IMG/VR virus record: IMGVR_UViG_3300032007_004036
From: an uncultured virus (IMG/VR IMGVR_UViG_3300032007_004036)
Lineage: Duplodnaviria; Heunggongvirae; Uroviricota; Caudoviricetes
Strand: one strand, 5' to 3'
Length of the DNA: 64,000 nt
Below, piece after piece: positions 8,375-18,103 of this stretch. Each line of letters starts with the position of its first letter. The stretch's first letter is position 1. The notes below the pieces were generated by a model. That model was not told where the DNA came from and made no database searches. It worked only from the letters and a program-made list of their open reading frames with translations. The translations under genes were made by a program, and so were the position numbers.

Positions 8375-10609
8375 ATGGACTACAAAAACGACAACCTTGA
8401 TGAGCTCCTTGAATACATCGACCCTGCACTGCTCAGCTATCAGGACTGGCTCGGTGTAGGAATGGCATTGAAGGATTCGGGCTATGATGTATCAGTATGG
8501 GAGGCGTGGTCTGCACGCGATGCGGCTCGCTATCACTCAGGAGAATGTGAGAACAAATGGCGTGGCTTCAACGGCTCTGATACGCCTGTCACAGCCGGAA
8601 CTATTGTGAAAATGGCTCTTGATAACGGATATACTCCGCCGCGAAAGGATAATGCAAATAAGGTGTTAGACTGGAATGATGTCATTGGCGAGAACTATAC
8701 CGTAACATCTGCCGAGGATACACAGGAGCTCCCTATCGACGAGCCGAAGGAATGGAATCCAGCAGCTGAGATACGGCGATATCTTGAAACACTGTTTGAA
8801 ATGTCAGATATAGTCGGCTATGTTACAGAAGTATGGAAAGACGAATCCGACGGCGGGAAATATAAGCCAAAAGCCGGTAGTTATGACCGCACAGCAGGTC
8901 AGCTCCTTCAGGAGCTTGCGCGATACAATGGTGATATTGAATCCGTATTCGGAACTATCAATGAAGAATGCGGAGCATGGATACGTTTCAATCCGCTGAA
9001 CGGTGAGGGTGTAAAAAATGACTGCGTTGCTGATTATAAATACGCGCTTGTAGAGTCCGACAGCATACCTGTTGCACAGCAGAATGGTATCATGCACGAC
9101 TTGAAGCTCCCGATAGCCGCACTTGTATTTACTGGCGGTAAATCGCTTCATGCGATAGTCAGAGTTGAGGCAGGCAGCTTCAAGGAATACCGCGAACGTG
9201 TAGAATTTCTGTATAAGATATGCGATAAGAATGGTCTGCACGTAGACCGCAACTGCCGTAATCCCTCACGCCTGAGCCGAATGCCGGGGGTTATGAGAAA
9301 TGGAAAAAAGCAGTTTCTCGTCGAGACCAATACCGGATTTGCTTCATGGCAGGAGTGGAAAGAATGGATAGAATCAGTCAACGATGACCTCCCAGACTTC
9401 GAGGACATGAGTGATTCATGGGAGAATATGCCGGAGCTCGCTCCTCCGCTTATTGAAAACGTACTTCGTCAGGGACATAAAATGCTGCTTGCAGGTCCCT
9501 CAAAAGCCGGAAAATCCTTTGCTCTCATAGAGCTTGCAATAGCTATAGCAGAAGGCAGGCAATGGCTCGGCTGGCAGTGTGCAAAAGGAAAAGTCCTCTA
9601 CGTCAACTTGGAGCTCGACAAGGCTTCATGCCTGCACCGCGTAAAGGACGTTTATTCGGCGCTGAACATACCGCCTGCAAACCTGCATAACCTCATGATT
9701 TGGAATCTCAGAGGGCAGACGAAGCCTATGGATAAGCTCGCACCGTCGCTGATATGGCGAGCAAAGCGTGAGGGTTTTCTCGCTGTTATCATCGACCCGA
9801 TATACAAGGTTATCACCGGCGACGAGAATTCAGCTGACCAGATGGCGCACTTCTGTAATCAGTTCGATAAGGTATGTACAGCGCTCGGGTGTGCCGTGAT
9901 ATATTGTCATCATCACTCGAAAGGCTCTCAGGGCGGAAAGCGGTCTATGGACAGAGCGTCCGGTTCCGGAGTATTCGCCCGAGACCCTGATGCACTCCTT
10001 GACATGGTCGAGCTTGACCTAACTGAGGACATCATAAAGCAGCTGAAGAATAATGCAAGCTGTCTTATATGTGCAGACTATCTGAACAGATATGCTCCGA
10101 GTGCGGCGGCAGACGCTTCTCCTGACGACCTGCTGAGTCATACAGCATCTTTGAAACTTTGTTATGACAATTTACCTTCTGAAAAATACAGCGAGCTTAA
10201 ACAAGCTGTCAGCGCTTCTGATGAATATGTCCAGCAGCAGACAGCATGGCGCATGGAAGGAACGCTGCGAGAGTTCCCGAAGTTCACGCCGAAGAATTTG
10301 TATTTCCGCTATCCGATACACGTTGAGGATACAGTCGGCGTACTCAAGGACTTGCAGGCAGACTCGGAGCTGTCACCGTGGCAGCGAGGAGCGAAGAAAG
10401 GTGCGGCGGCTCGTCAGCGGTCAGAAAAGGCTAAGACTGCGGACAAGAATGCCGAACTTATCAATACGTTCAACGCCTGCAACGTCAACGGCGAGGTTAC
10501 TCTCAAAGAAATGGCTGAGTATATCGGCTGCGAACCTCAGACGATAAGAAACAGGATTAAACATTCAGGCGAGCTGTACGTCAAGGATTCAAAAGTGTAC
10601 AGAAAATAA
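8375..10609 (+). CDS. Primase-helicase (PriCT-2 + primase + AAA_25 RepA-like helicase)
   Basis: YQDWLGVGMALK (PriCT-2), GGKSLHA, SRLSRMPG, GPSKAGKS, IIDPIY, HHHSKG. Confidence 0.9.
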   Translation: MDYKNDNLDELLEYIDPALLSYQDWLGVGMALKDSGYDVSVWEAWSARDAARYHSGECENKWRGFNGSDTPVTAGTIVKMALDNGYTPPRKDNANKVLDWNDVIGENYTVTSAEDTQELPIDEPKEWNPAAEIRRYLETLFEMSDIVGYVTEVWKDESDGGKYKPKAGSYDRTAGQLLQELARYNGDIESVFGTINEECGAWIRFNPLNGEGVKNDCVADYKYALVESDSIPVAQQNGIMHDLKLPIAALVFTGGKSLHAIVRVEAGSFKEYRERVEFLYKICDKNGLHVDRNCRNPSRLSRMPGVMRNGKKQFLVETNTGFASWQEWKEWIESVNDDLPDFEDMSDSWENMPELAPPLIENVLRQGHKMLLAGPSKAGKSFALIELAIAIAEGRQWLGWQCAKGKVLYVNLELDKASCLHRVKDVYSALNIPPANLHNLMIWNLRGQTKPMDKLAPSLIWRAKREGFLAVIIDPIYKVITGDENSADQMAHFCNQFDKVCTALGCAVIYCHHHSKGSQGGKRSMDRASGSGVFARDPDALLDMVELDLTEDIIKQLKNNASCLICADYLNRYAPSAAADASPDDLLSHTASLKLCYDNLPSEKYSELKQAVSASDEYVQQQTAWRMEGTLREFPKFTPKNLYFRYPIHVEDTVGVLKDLQADSELSPWQRGAKKGAAARQRSEKAKTADKNAELINTFNACNVNGEVTLKEMAEYIGCEPQTIRNRIKHSGELYVKDSKVYRK

Positions 10610-10760
10610 TTCACTGCTTTAGTATGTAAAAATCAGTGTAAACACCCTATATATAATATATAATTTACACTTACACTATCAATGATAGTCAATGAGGTAG
10701 TACGTATAAAGTGGCTCAATAGCCAGCCACTTTATACTATACCTATTTCATTGACAAGCG
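10610..10760. other. Probable phage replication origin: AT-rich tract plus long inverted repeat
   Basis: GTGTAAA...TTTACAC around a TATA-rich core; 13-bp perfect IR 10704-10716/10725-10737 nested in GTCAATGA/TCATTGAC; directly after the primase-helicase. Confidence 0.55.
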
Positions 10761-10782
10761 CAAAACAGAAAGGAAGTTTTTT

Positions 10783-10974
10783 ATGAATTGCATAGCAGAA
10801 GACAGCAGAAGAAACCTCGAACAGAACAAGAAGAAACTCTGTCCCCTGTCGTTCTCTTCAGAAGACAAACCGATGCACTGCCAAACACTTGACTGTATGC
10901 TCTACGATGATGAGATACACGAGTGTGCACTCGGTAGAAAGACCTATCTCGATGAGGAAGATAACGATGCTTGA
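10783..10974 (+). CDS. Small Cys-containing phage protein
   Basis: AAGGA RBS; CP...C..C..C pattern. Confidence 0.6.
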   Translation: MNCIAEDSRRNLEQNKKKLCPLSFSSEDKPMHCQTLDCMLYDDEIHECALGRKTYLDEEDNDA

Positions 10975-11359
10975 ATTTTTCATTGATATGATACCGCCTA
11001 CAGCTACACATCAGGAGAAGGGATGCACTGTAGTAAACGGTAAGCGAAAATACTACGACAGGAGTAACGGAGATGCCGAGCAGAAACTTACAGCATATCT
11101 CGCTCAGTACCGTCCGGAAGCTCCCCTCACAGGAGCATTACAGGTTGTTGTGAAATGGTGCTTTCCGGTCAAGGCAAAGCATACCAACGGCGAACCATAT
11201 ACCAATAAGCCGGACGCGGACAACCTCTGCAAGGCTCTCTACGACATTATGACCAAGCTCGGCTACTGGAAAGACGACAGCCATATCTACAGCAGCATCA
11301 CAGAAAAGTTCTGGGCTCAGCGGCCAGGACTATATATAAAAATTGAAGAAAGGCGGTAA
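10967..11359 (+). CDS. rusA: RusA-family Holliday junction resolvase
   Basis: KPDADNLCKALYD...WKDDSHI catalytic motif. Confidence 0.9.
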   Translation: MLEFFIDMIPPTATHQEKGCTVVNGKRKYYDRSNGDAEQKLTAYLAQYRPEAPLTGALQVVVKWCFPVKAKHTNGEPYTNKPDADNLCKALYDIMTKLGYWKDDSHIYSSITEKFWAQRPGLYIKIEERR

Positions 11360-11364
11360 AGCAA

Positions 11365-11775
11365 TTGAAAGATAATTCAACATATCAGAAATGGGCAACA
11401 GAACTGAGCGAAGCAACGGCATTTGAAAAGGCACTCCGCAGGGAGAAGCCGACAGACGAACTGGAGCAGGCGTTCTGGCAGGGGTATCTTGCCGGACTCA
11501 GGGAACAGGACAACAGAATAAAGGAGATAGCCTATCATTACGGCTATGAGTCACAGCGTGAGCAGCTTATTGAGGAGTGTGCAGAAGCTATCCTCGCAGC
11601 TCAGAAGTGCAAGAGATACGGCAGTAACGGAAGTTTTAAGGCGTTATGCAGCGAGGTCGCAGATGTGCTCGTCATGGCACAGCAGATGCGGCTCCTCATG
11701 GGCGCGAAGGTTATAGACGAGATCATAGATAAAAAGCTCAACAGGCAGCTCGGGAGGATAGCGCATGAAACGTGA
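11365..11775 (+). CDS. MazG-like nucleotide pyrophosphohydrolase
   Basis: LIEECAE...SEVADV...KLNRQ motif. Confidence 0.75.
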   Translation: MKDNSTYQKWATELSEATAFEKALRREKPTDELEQAFWQGYLAGLREQDNRIKEIAYHYGYESQREQLIEECAEAILAAQKCKRYGSNGSFKALCSEVADVLVMAQQMRLLMGAKVIDEIIDKKLNRQLGRIAHET

Positions 11776-11956
11776 GCAGGTATGCAGTCAGCAGGTCCAC
11801 TGCCTGAGCTGCCCGCTGATTAAGTTCCGCAGCGGTAAGAACTGCGAGGAGCTATCCCCGGAGCAGATAAGTGAAATAATGAGGAGGTCGAGACTGAATG
11901 ATATACTACCGCGGACGTTGGCTGATAGAGCCGGAAATAAAGGCTCTGCTGAGTAA
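11765..11956 (+). CDS. Hypothetical Cys-containing protein
   Basis: GGAGG RBS; overlaps both neighbours. Confidence 0.45.
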   Translation: MKREQVCSQQVHCLSCPLIKFRSGKNCEELSPEQISEIMRRSRLNDILPRTLADRAGNKGSAE

Positions 11957-12197
11957 GCTCGAAGCAGAGAACGAGAAACTGAAACAGGAGAACACGGTCG
12001 TTCTTCGTGAGACTGACAGGCTTATCAAGGAAAAAGGTCAGCTTATTGCTGAAAACTATGAAGCTAAGAAGCTCCTGCGTGAGAGCCTGCCTGTACTGCA
12101 CAGAGCTTTCTTCGCAAACTACAAAGACACGAACGCTGCTAATGAGCTGTACGATAGGATTATAAAAGCTGTGGGAGGTGCAGAAAATGACACTTGA
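11898..12197 (+). CDS. Hypothetical coiled-coil protein
   Basis: GAGGAGG RBS. Confidence 0.65.
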   Translation: MIYYRGRWLIEPEIKALLSKLEAENEKLKQENTVVLRETDRLIKEKGQLIAENYEAKKLLRESLPVLHRAFFANYKDTNAANELYDRIIKAVGGAENDT

Positions 12198-12348
12198 ACA
12201 GTACATAGAGCTTTTTGAAAAACCAAACTTCAAAGTGGAAGTTGACACAGCAGAATTGATAAGGCTGTTTAAAGAACTTCGGGATTCACGGGAACTTATC
12301 AAAAATCAAGCACAGTACATAGAAAATCATATAGATGTTAGGAGGTGA
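12187..12348 (+). CDS. Hypothetical protein (MTLEQYIELFEK..., 53 aa)
   Basis: GGAGGTG RBS; translated by hand; fills the gap between neighbours. Confidence 0.65.
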   Translation: MTLEQYIELFEKPNFKVEVDTAELIRLFKELRDSRELIKNQAQYIENHIDVRR

Positions 12349-12866
12349 ACATGATGAATATTGATGAAGCTATAAAGTACGCTGAAGATTTAGGCACAGA
12401 GGAAGAAAACAAAATAGACTACGATAAAGATAGTCCACACATGATAATATGCAGGAAGAATACGGTTAAAGACTACAGACAGCTTGCTGAATGGCTGACG
12501 GATTACAAAGGACTGAGGGCTGAAATAATAGACCTTCGCTTGTATGTCCAAATGTTAGAAGAATATCGGGAAAAAGCAAAGCGACTTCTGAAAGTGGCGG
12601 TTGAGGATATGAAAGATGTTGTCAGCAGCGACTGTGGATGCCGATGTTGCAAGGGTGAACAAGCTGCAAGCTGTGCGTACATAAAATGCTGGACTTGGCG
12701 TTATGCTGACGAAGCCCTCGCGCCTATAAACGGCTTCGGGCTGACGACAAAAGGCTTTGAAAGCGCTACGTATAAGAAAGCAAACAAGATTCTTGATGAA
12801 GAATACAGACGGCTGGCTGAAATGACCGAAGAAGAAATTCAACGTGAAATGGAACAGGAGGGCTGA
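12345..12866 (+). CDS. Hypothetical phage protein
   Basis: IDEAIK...YRQLAEWL motif common in Firmicute phages. Confidence 0.7.
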   Translation: MNMMNIDEAIKYAEDLGTEEENKIDYDKDSPHMIICRKNTVKDYRQLAEWLTDYKGLRAEIIDLRLYVQMLEEYREKAKRLLKVAVEDMKDVVSSDCGCRCCKGEQAASCAYIKCWTWRYADEALAPINGFGLTTKGFESATYKKANKILDEEYRRLAEMTEEEIQREMEQEG

Positions 12867-12868
12867 AA

Positions 12869-13291
12869 ATGAATGAATTTGAGAAAGGCTATGAACAAGG
12901 CTATAAAGACGGAGTGGGCGGCGCAGCATTGCCGAACGTCAACGACAACGGTGACAAGATAGACGGTTACAACTATGCGTACAAGACAGACAGCAGAGGT
13001 GAGCCGTACATTCACATAGACAGCGTGAGAAGTATGCTGAAAAAAGCCGCAGACGTACAGCCTGTTGATAGGTGGATAAGCGTTAATGATAGGCTGCCGG
13101 AAGAAAACATACTTGTGCTATGCTATGCGAGGAGTACGACCGGCGAAGGAAATAATTATTTTCTTGGAGCACTTGCACACGGAGAATTTTGGTTCTTAAA
13201 AGTCAATGACATTGGACACGTCAGTTGCCCTGTACTTCACTGGGAAGTCACTCACTGGCAACCACTTCCAGAATCACCAAAGGAGGACTGA
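12869..13291 (+). CDS. DUF551-domain protein
   Basis: WISVNDRLPE...VTHWQPLPESP. Confidence 0.85.
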   Translation: MNEFEKGYEQGYKDGVGGAALPNVNDNGDKIDGYNYAYKTDSRGEPYIHIDSVRSMLKKAADVQPVDRWISVNDRLPEENILVLCYARSTTGEGNNYFLGALAHGEFWFLKVNDIGHVSCPVLHWEVTHWQPLPESPKED

Positions 13292-13294
13292 AAA

Positions 13295-13426
13295 ATGACT
13301 GATGTAATATGCAGTTGTGATTACTGTGCACATATACTACCTAACGGCATATGCGGTTTAGAGAGTATTGACATCGACGGAGCTGCCGAGTGTGCGAGTT
13401 ATGAAGAAGCGGAACAGGAGGAGTGA
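13295..13426 (+). CDS. Small Cys-rich protein (DUF1540-like)
   Basis: AAGGAGG RBS; MTDVICSCDYCAY...C...C. Confidence 0.6.
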   Translation: MTDVICSCDYCAHILPNGICGLESIDIDGAAECASYEEAEQEE

Positions 13427-13581
13427 CATTGAAAACAACAATAGATTTTTATAACGAGGTAGGAATACCTTGCTATCATTGCAAATATGCATTTTCTCCT
13501 GCGTGTACGGATTGCATTGATTTGACGCTATGCCATATGTGCGATATTGCTGAAGATATGATACTGCGAGGTGATTATTGA
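13423..13581 (+). CDS. Small Cys-rich protein
   Basis: GGAGGAG RBS; three CxxC pairs; translated by hand. Confidence 0.55.
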   Translation: MTLKTTIDFYNEVGIPCYHCKYAFSPACTDCIDLTLCHMCDIAEDMILRGDY

Positions 13582-13910
13582 TGAAAACACTTAAATTTAT
13601 GGGACACTCAGACGATACCTTCGGCGAGTACGGCGCAACAATGGACGACGTTGACAATGCCGGCAGCGGCACACCTATCCAGTGTGTTGTCGAAGCGGAC
13701 GGAACTGCTCTGATAGTGACCGGACAGTACGATAGAAACGGCACCGGCACCTGGGACATTGGTATAAGCTTACAGGACGAAGACCTCTCTTATCCTGACT
13801 GGGATATACATATCAGCTTTGAAGGCTATACAACAGTCCTTGAAATAGACGTTCCCGACGACTTTGAGCTTACCTGGTACAATGACGGAGAGAGAATGGA
13901 GGGGTACTGA
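13578..13910 (+). CDS. Hypothetical phage protein
   Basis: 110-aa ORF coupled to neighbours. Confidence 0.7.
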   Translation: MMKTLKFMGHSDDTFGEYGATMDDVDNAGSGTPIQCVVEADGTALIVTGQYDRNGTGTWDIGISLQDEDLSYPDWDIHISFEGYTTVLEIDVPDDFELTWYNDGERMEGY

Positions 13911-14095
13911 TGCCGAAAGTAAGATCCCGCAAGTGGCTCGTCCCTCGCTACCGGATAAGGAATAACATCACCGGCGCGTACATACACGACACTCCCACAC
14001 AGCCGATGACCTTCCTCGACCACGCTGAGGCGTGGCGATACATAAAGCAGCACGGTCTTAACCCAGAGATCTATTTCGTGGAGGTCGAACGATGA
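13910..14095 (+). CDS. Hypothetical phage protein
   Basis: GGAGG RBS, TGATG overlap. Confidence 0.65.
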   Translation: MPKVRSRKWLVPRYRIRNNITGAYIHDTPTQPMTFLDHAEAWRYIKQHGLNPEIYFVEVER

Positions 14096-14574
14096 CTGCG
14101 AAAGAATACCTTGAACTCGCTTACAAGGTCGATAATGCTGTACAGCGCAGGCGAGAGGTCGCAAATAAGCATAGGGACAGCCTTTACGGACGAAGCATAG
14201 ACTATTCTGAAAGCGGCGGAAATCATAACAGCGGCGATACTTTAGGTGAGGCAATAGCCAGTATTTGCAGCTATGAGAAAGAAACTGATATGATTATTGC
14301 GGCTCTTGTAGATATCAGGTTTGAGATTGAGAAGTCCATTAATGCTGTTCCGAATAAAAAACAAAGGGATATTCTGACATATCGTTATTTACTCTATATG
14401 CCGTGGAAGAACAAATGCGACAAAGATACCGGCGAAATACTTGAGAAGGGAATAAAGGAAAAAACAGGATATTCTTCGGAATCAGTGTTTAAATTTCATT
14501 CAGCCGGATTGAAAAAAATTTCAGTTCCTGAAAAAATTACAGTAAAATACAGTGAAATACAGAAATATTTGTGA
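14092..14574 (+). CDS. ArpU/RinA-family (DUF1492-like) late transcriptional activator
   Basis: MTAKEYL...RDILTYRYL...sigma-4-like HTH; last gene before the packaging genes. Confidence 0.85.
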   Translation: MTAKEYLELAYKVDNAVQRRREVANKHRDSLYGRSIDYSESGGNHNSGDTLGEAIASICSYEKETDMIIAALVDIRFEIEKSINAVPNKKQRDILTYRYLLYMPWKNKCDKDTGEILEKGIKEKTGYSSESVFKFHSAGLKKISVPEKITVKYSEIQKYL

Positions 14575-14580
14575 TATGAT
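14536..14580 (+). promoter_or_regulatory. Late promoter: three TACAG repeats at 10-bp phase plus extended -10 TGaTATGAT
   Basis: TACAG at 14538, 14548 and 14558; -10 at 14575-14580; lies at the 3' end of the activator gene as known for RinA/ArpU-type regulators. Confidence 0.7.
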
Positions 14581-14737
14581 AAGAGCATGAAAGCAGGCGG
14601 AAAAGGTTATGGCTTTCGGGAGTGTTCCACATCCTCACTCCCTTTGCCTCCACCTTCTGCTTTCGGTTTCTACTATCATTACGATTTCTTCATTTGATTT
14701 TCTCCTGCGGTCAGCACCCTTCCTGACCGCGAATTTC

Positions 14738-14813
14738 GGCAGAGTGGAGCAGTTGGCAGCTCGCAAGGCTCATAACCTTGAGGTCGTTGGTTCAAGTCCA
14801 ACCTCTGCAACCA
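14738..14813 (+). tRNA. tRNA-Met(CAT), initiator (fMet)-like, CCA encoded
   Basis: 76-nt cloverleaf: acceptor GGCAGAG/CTCTGCA, anticodon arm CAAGG-CTCATAA-CCTTG, T arm GTTGG-TTCAAGT-CCAAC, ACCA end; 1x72 mismatch and A11-U24. Confidence 0.92.
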
Positions 14814-14911
14814 AAGGACTAACATTTTCAATTAACTCCTTATTTTTTCAGACAGAAGTACCTCGGCAACAGCTGGGGTATTTCTGTTATACGCGAAAGG
14901 ACGGTGAACTT

Positions 14912-15352
14912 ATGGCAAGACCGAGAAAATTCAGAAGCCCGAAAGCACTTGAAGAAAAGTGGGAGGAATTCAAAGAATACTGCAATAACAGGACAGTGCT
15001 GAGCCATGAGTTCAGTTCTAAAAACAGCGAATTCGTATCTGCTGAACTGAAGCGTTCGGTAACGTATACGATAGAGGGATTCTGCGTGTATTCAGGTATA
15101 TCAAGGCAGTCATTCTATGATTACTATGCGGAGAATGAACGGTTTGCTGACATCGTTACGCGCATGAAGGAAGAATGCGAGGCTGATGCCCGTGAAAAGT
15201 TTGAGCTTGGTGTGATACCGTCGCAGCTTGCGGGGCTCTGGATGTCAAAGTACGGCTACAGCACCAAGCAGGACGTCAACGCTAAGGTTGAACCGTCCGA
15301 GAAGCTTGCTGACGTAATGGATCAGATCGGCGGTGAGGGGCTTGAAGAATAG
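14912..15352 (+). CDS. terS: Terminase small subunit
   Basis: MARPRKF...YTIEGFCVYSGISRQ; directly upstream of terL. Confidence 0.85.
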   Translation: MARPRKFRSPKALEEKWEEFKEYCNNRTVLSHEFSSKNSEFVSAELKRSVTYTIEGFCVYSGISRQSFYDYYAENERFADIVTRMKEECEADAREKFELGVIPSQLAGLWMSKYGYSTKQDVNAKVEPSEKLADVMDQIGGEGLEE

Positions 15353-16667
15353 TTTTCCGCTCTCGCAGAAGTATATTGACTTCATCAACAGCGTCAATGG
15401 CGTGACTGCGGAATTTCTTGAGGGCACCACAGCCTCGGGCAAGACGACCGTCGGAGCAGGTATAAAGTTCATGAGAATGGTTTCGGCGTCACAGAAGAAG
15501 CTGCACGTTATAGCTGCCAAGACTACTGGCAAGGCTGAGGAGACGATAATTCAGCAGGACAACGGTATTCTCGACCTGCATCACAACGCTTCGTATTACG
15601 GCAACGGCGACAAGGACTTCAAGCTTCCACACATCAAGTTCGAGGGTAAGATAATCTATATCCTCGGCTATGATAATCGTGACAAGTGGGAAATGGCTCT
15701 CGGAGCACAGTTCGGCTGTGTATACATTGACGAGATAAACACTGCGGACATTGAGTTCGTGCGGGAGATATCCACACGTAACGAGTATCTGCTTGCTACG
15801 CTCAACCCTGACGATCCGTCGCTTCCGGTCTACAAAGAATTCGTTAACCGCTCCCGACCGTACAGCAAATATGCCGGAGATGTCCCCAAGGAGATAATGG
15901 ACGAGCTCCTGAAGGAAGAGCCGACGCCGCACTGGAAGTATTGGTTCTTTTCGTTCCTGGACAACCTAAGCCTGACCGCAGAGGACATCGAGCGCAAGAA
16001 AGCAGCAGCTCCGAAAGGAACTAAGCTTTACAAGAATAAGATACTCGGGCAGCGTGGCAAGGCAACAGGTGTTATTTTCGACTGCCGCGACAGCAATATC
16101 ATCACACCTCAGCAGGCGCGGGAGTACAAGTTCACGCTGTTCTCTGCGGCTCTTGATACTGCGTACTCTCAGACCTCGCCTGATACGATAGCTTTCACGT
16201 TCATCGGCATCACTGCTGACAGGAAGTGCATAGTGCTCGACGAGAGAGTTTTCAACAATGCAGAGCTGACAGTGCCGAAAACTCCGTCGGATATTCCTGT
16301 CGAGTATACAGCCTTCCTCGAGCTCAATCGAGAGCGCTGGGGATTTGCAAGAGACGTATATATCGACAGCGCAGATCAGGCAACAATTACCGAGTGTGGG
16401 AAATATAAGCGCCTGACAGGCAGCATATATAACTTTATTCCCGCCTTCAAAAAGACTAAGATCATCGACCGCATCCAGCTTCAGAGCGCATGGATGGCAG
16501 CCGGTGATTTTCTTATACTCAACCACTGCAAGACGATGATAGCGGAGTTGAACGTCTACAGCTGGAAAGAAGAGAAGTACGAGCCTGAGGACAGGAACGA
16601 CCACTGCATCAACTCCTGCCAGTATGCATGGCTCCCTTATAAAGCAATGATAGGAGCGATAAAATGA
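15342..16667 (+). CDS. terL: Terminase large subunit
   Basis: EGTTASGKT, YIDEIN, ALDTAY, DRNDHCINS. Confidence 0.93.
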   Translation: MKNSFPLSQKYIDFINSVNGVTAEFLEGTTASGKTTVGAGIKFMRMVSASQKKLHVIAAKTTGKAEETIIQQDNGILDLHHNASYYGNGDKDFKLPHIKFEGKIIYILGYDNRDKWEMALGAQFGCVYIDEINTADIEFVREISTRNEYLLATLNPDDPSLPVYKEFVNRSRPYSKYAGDVPKEIMDELLKEEPTPHWKYWFFSFLDNLSLTAEDIERKKAAAPKGTKLYKNKILGQRGKATGVIFDCRDSNIITPQQAREYKFTLFSAALDTAYSQTSPDTIAFTFIGITADRKCIVLDERVFNNAELTVPKTPSDIPVEYTAFLELNRERWGFARDVYIDSADQATITECGKYKRLTGSIYNFIPAFKKTKIIDRIQLQSAWMAAGDFLILNHCKTMIAELNVYSWKEEKYEPEDRNDHCINSCQYAWLPYKAMIGAIK

Positions 16668-18103
16668 GCTTATTTGAGACTATAGGAGAAAGGGTGAGAG
16701 AAAAAGTGAAGAACTGGCTTCGGCTGAATCCAGCCCCGCAGCAGAGTTTCAACATAAACGAATATACTACACGTGAGACTGAGATAATCCGTTCGCAGCT
16801 CTGGTACAGAGGAGACGCGAACGAGCTGTTCCAGTTTTTTCATCAGCTTAACGGCGTACAGGGCAGCTTCTGGGGGAGCGTGCCTTCTGACAGCTCTGTT
16901 CGTAAGGTACACAGTGGTATCCCTGCGATAATCGCGGACACTCTGGCATATATTGTCAAGTCTGATATGGACGGCATCGAAGCTCCCGATGAGTGGGACG
17001 ACATTGCCAAGAACATTGACTTTGTCGAAACTGTGGGAAAAGCTATCATTGATACGCTTGTCGAGGGCGACGGAGCTTTCCGAGTATCCGCTGACGGCGA
17101 CAAAATAGAACTCGGTTTTGTCGGAGCTTCACGCTGCGAGTATGAGGACGATGAGGTCATTATACATACGGAATACTCGGCAAAAAAGCGTACATATATG
17201 CTATCGGAGCGTTACGGTAAGGGCTTCATCGAGAGCAGATTGTACGACGAGAACGGACATGAAGTTCCTCTCAGCACTGTCCCGGAGCTTGCAGGGGTTG
17301 AGCCGTATATCGTGTTCAGCGGAGACTATAGTCTTGCAGTTCCGCTTATGTTCTACGCTTCCAAGAAATACAAAGGACGTGGCAAGTCAATATTTGACGG
17401 CGGAAGGTCTGACTGCTTCGACGCACTCGATGAAGTCATATCCCAGTGGTGGGACGCAGTGAGACAGGGCAGAGTCAAGCAGTATATCCCTGAGAGCATG
17501 ATGCCGCGCGATCCGAACAATGGAAGCCTTCTTGCACCGAATCAGTTTGGAAATAACTATATATCCGTCAGCGCTCCGCTCATTGAGGGCGTGAACAATC
17601 AGGAGATAAAGACAGTACAGCCTGAGATCAAGTATGAAGCATTCGTAAGCGCTTATACTAACGCACTGCTGATGTGCTTGCAGGGGCTTGTATCACCTGC
17701 GACACTCGGCATTGACGTCGGCAAGATGTCCAGCGCAGACGCTCAGCGCGAAAAAAAGGACGTGACCGGTCATACTCGGAATACTATTACAGCGGCTCTT
17801 GAAAATGTTTTGCCGAAGGTCATCAATGCCGTGTTCATGACGCTCGATAATATACACAATACGGAGCCTATCGAGCGCGAAGTGACCGTCAGCTTCGGCG
17901 AGTACGGAGCTCCCGACTTTGACAGCCGCGTCGAGACGGTCGGCAAGGCGGCGACCTACGGTATCATGTCAACAGAGACGCAAGTTGACGAGCTCTGGGG
18001 CGGCAGCAAGGACGACGAGTTCAAGGCTGCCGAGGTACAGCGAATCAAGACGGAGAAAGGCATCATGCCGGCAAGCGAGCCCAGCGTAGGCGGTGAGCCG
18101 TAA
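16664..18103 (+). CDS. Portal protein (A118-like)
   Basis: Position after terL; GKSIFD...DALDE motif. Confidence 0.9.
   Translation: MSLFETIGERVREKVKNWLRLNPAPQQSFNINEYTTRETEIIRSQLWYRGDANELFQFFHQLNGVQGSFWGSVPSDSSVRKVHSGIPAIIADTLAYIVKSDMDGIEAPDEWDDIAKNIDFVETVGKAIIDTLVEGDGAFRVSADGDKIELGFVGASRCEYEDDEVIIHTEYSAKKRTYMLSERYGKGFIESRLYDENGHEVPLSTVPELAGVEPYIVFSGDYSLAVPLMFYASKKYKGRGKSIFDGGRSDCFDALDEVISQWWDAVRQGRVKQYIPESMMPRDPNNGSLLAPNQFGNNYISVSAPLIEGVNNQEIKTVQPEIKYEAFVSAYTNALLMCLQGLVSPATLGIDVGKMSSADAQREKKDVTGHTRNTITAALENVLPKVINAVFMTLDNIHNTEPIEREVTVSFGEYGAPDFDSRVETVGKAATYGIMSTETQVDELWGGSKDDEFKAAEVQRIKTEKGIMPASEPSVGGEP

Noticed and set aside
14609..14911. N-terminal extension of terS in the ORF track
   Set aside because: It runs through the tRNA and hairpins; the RBS supports ATG 14912
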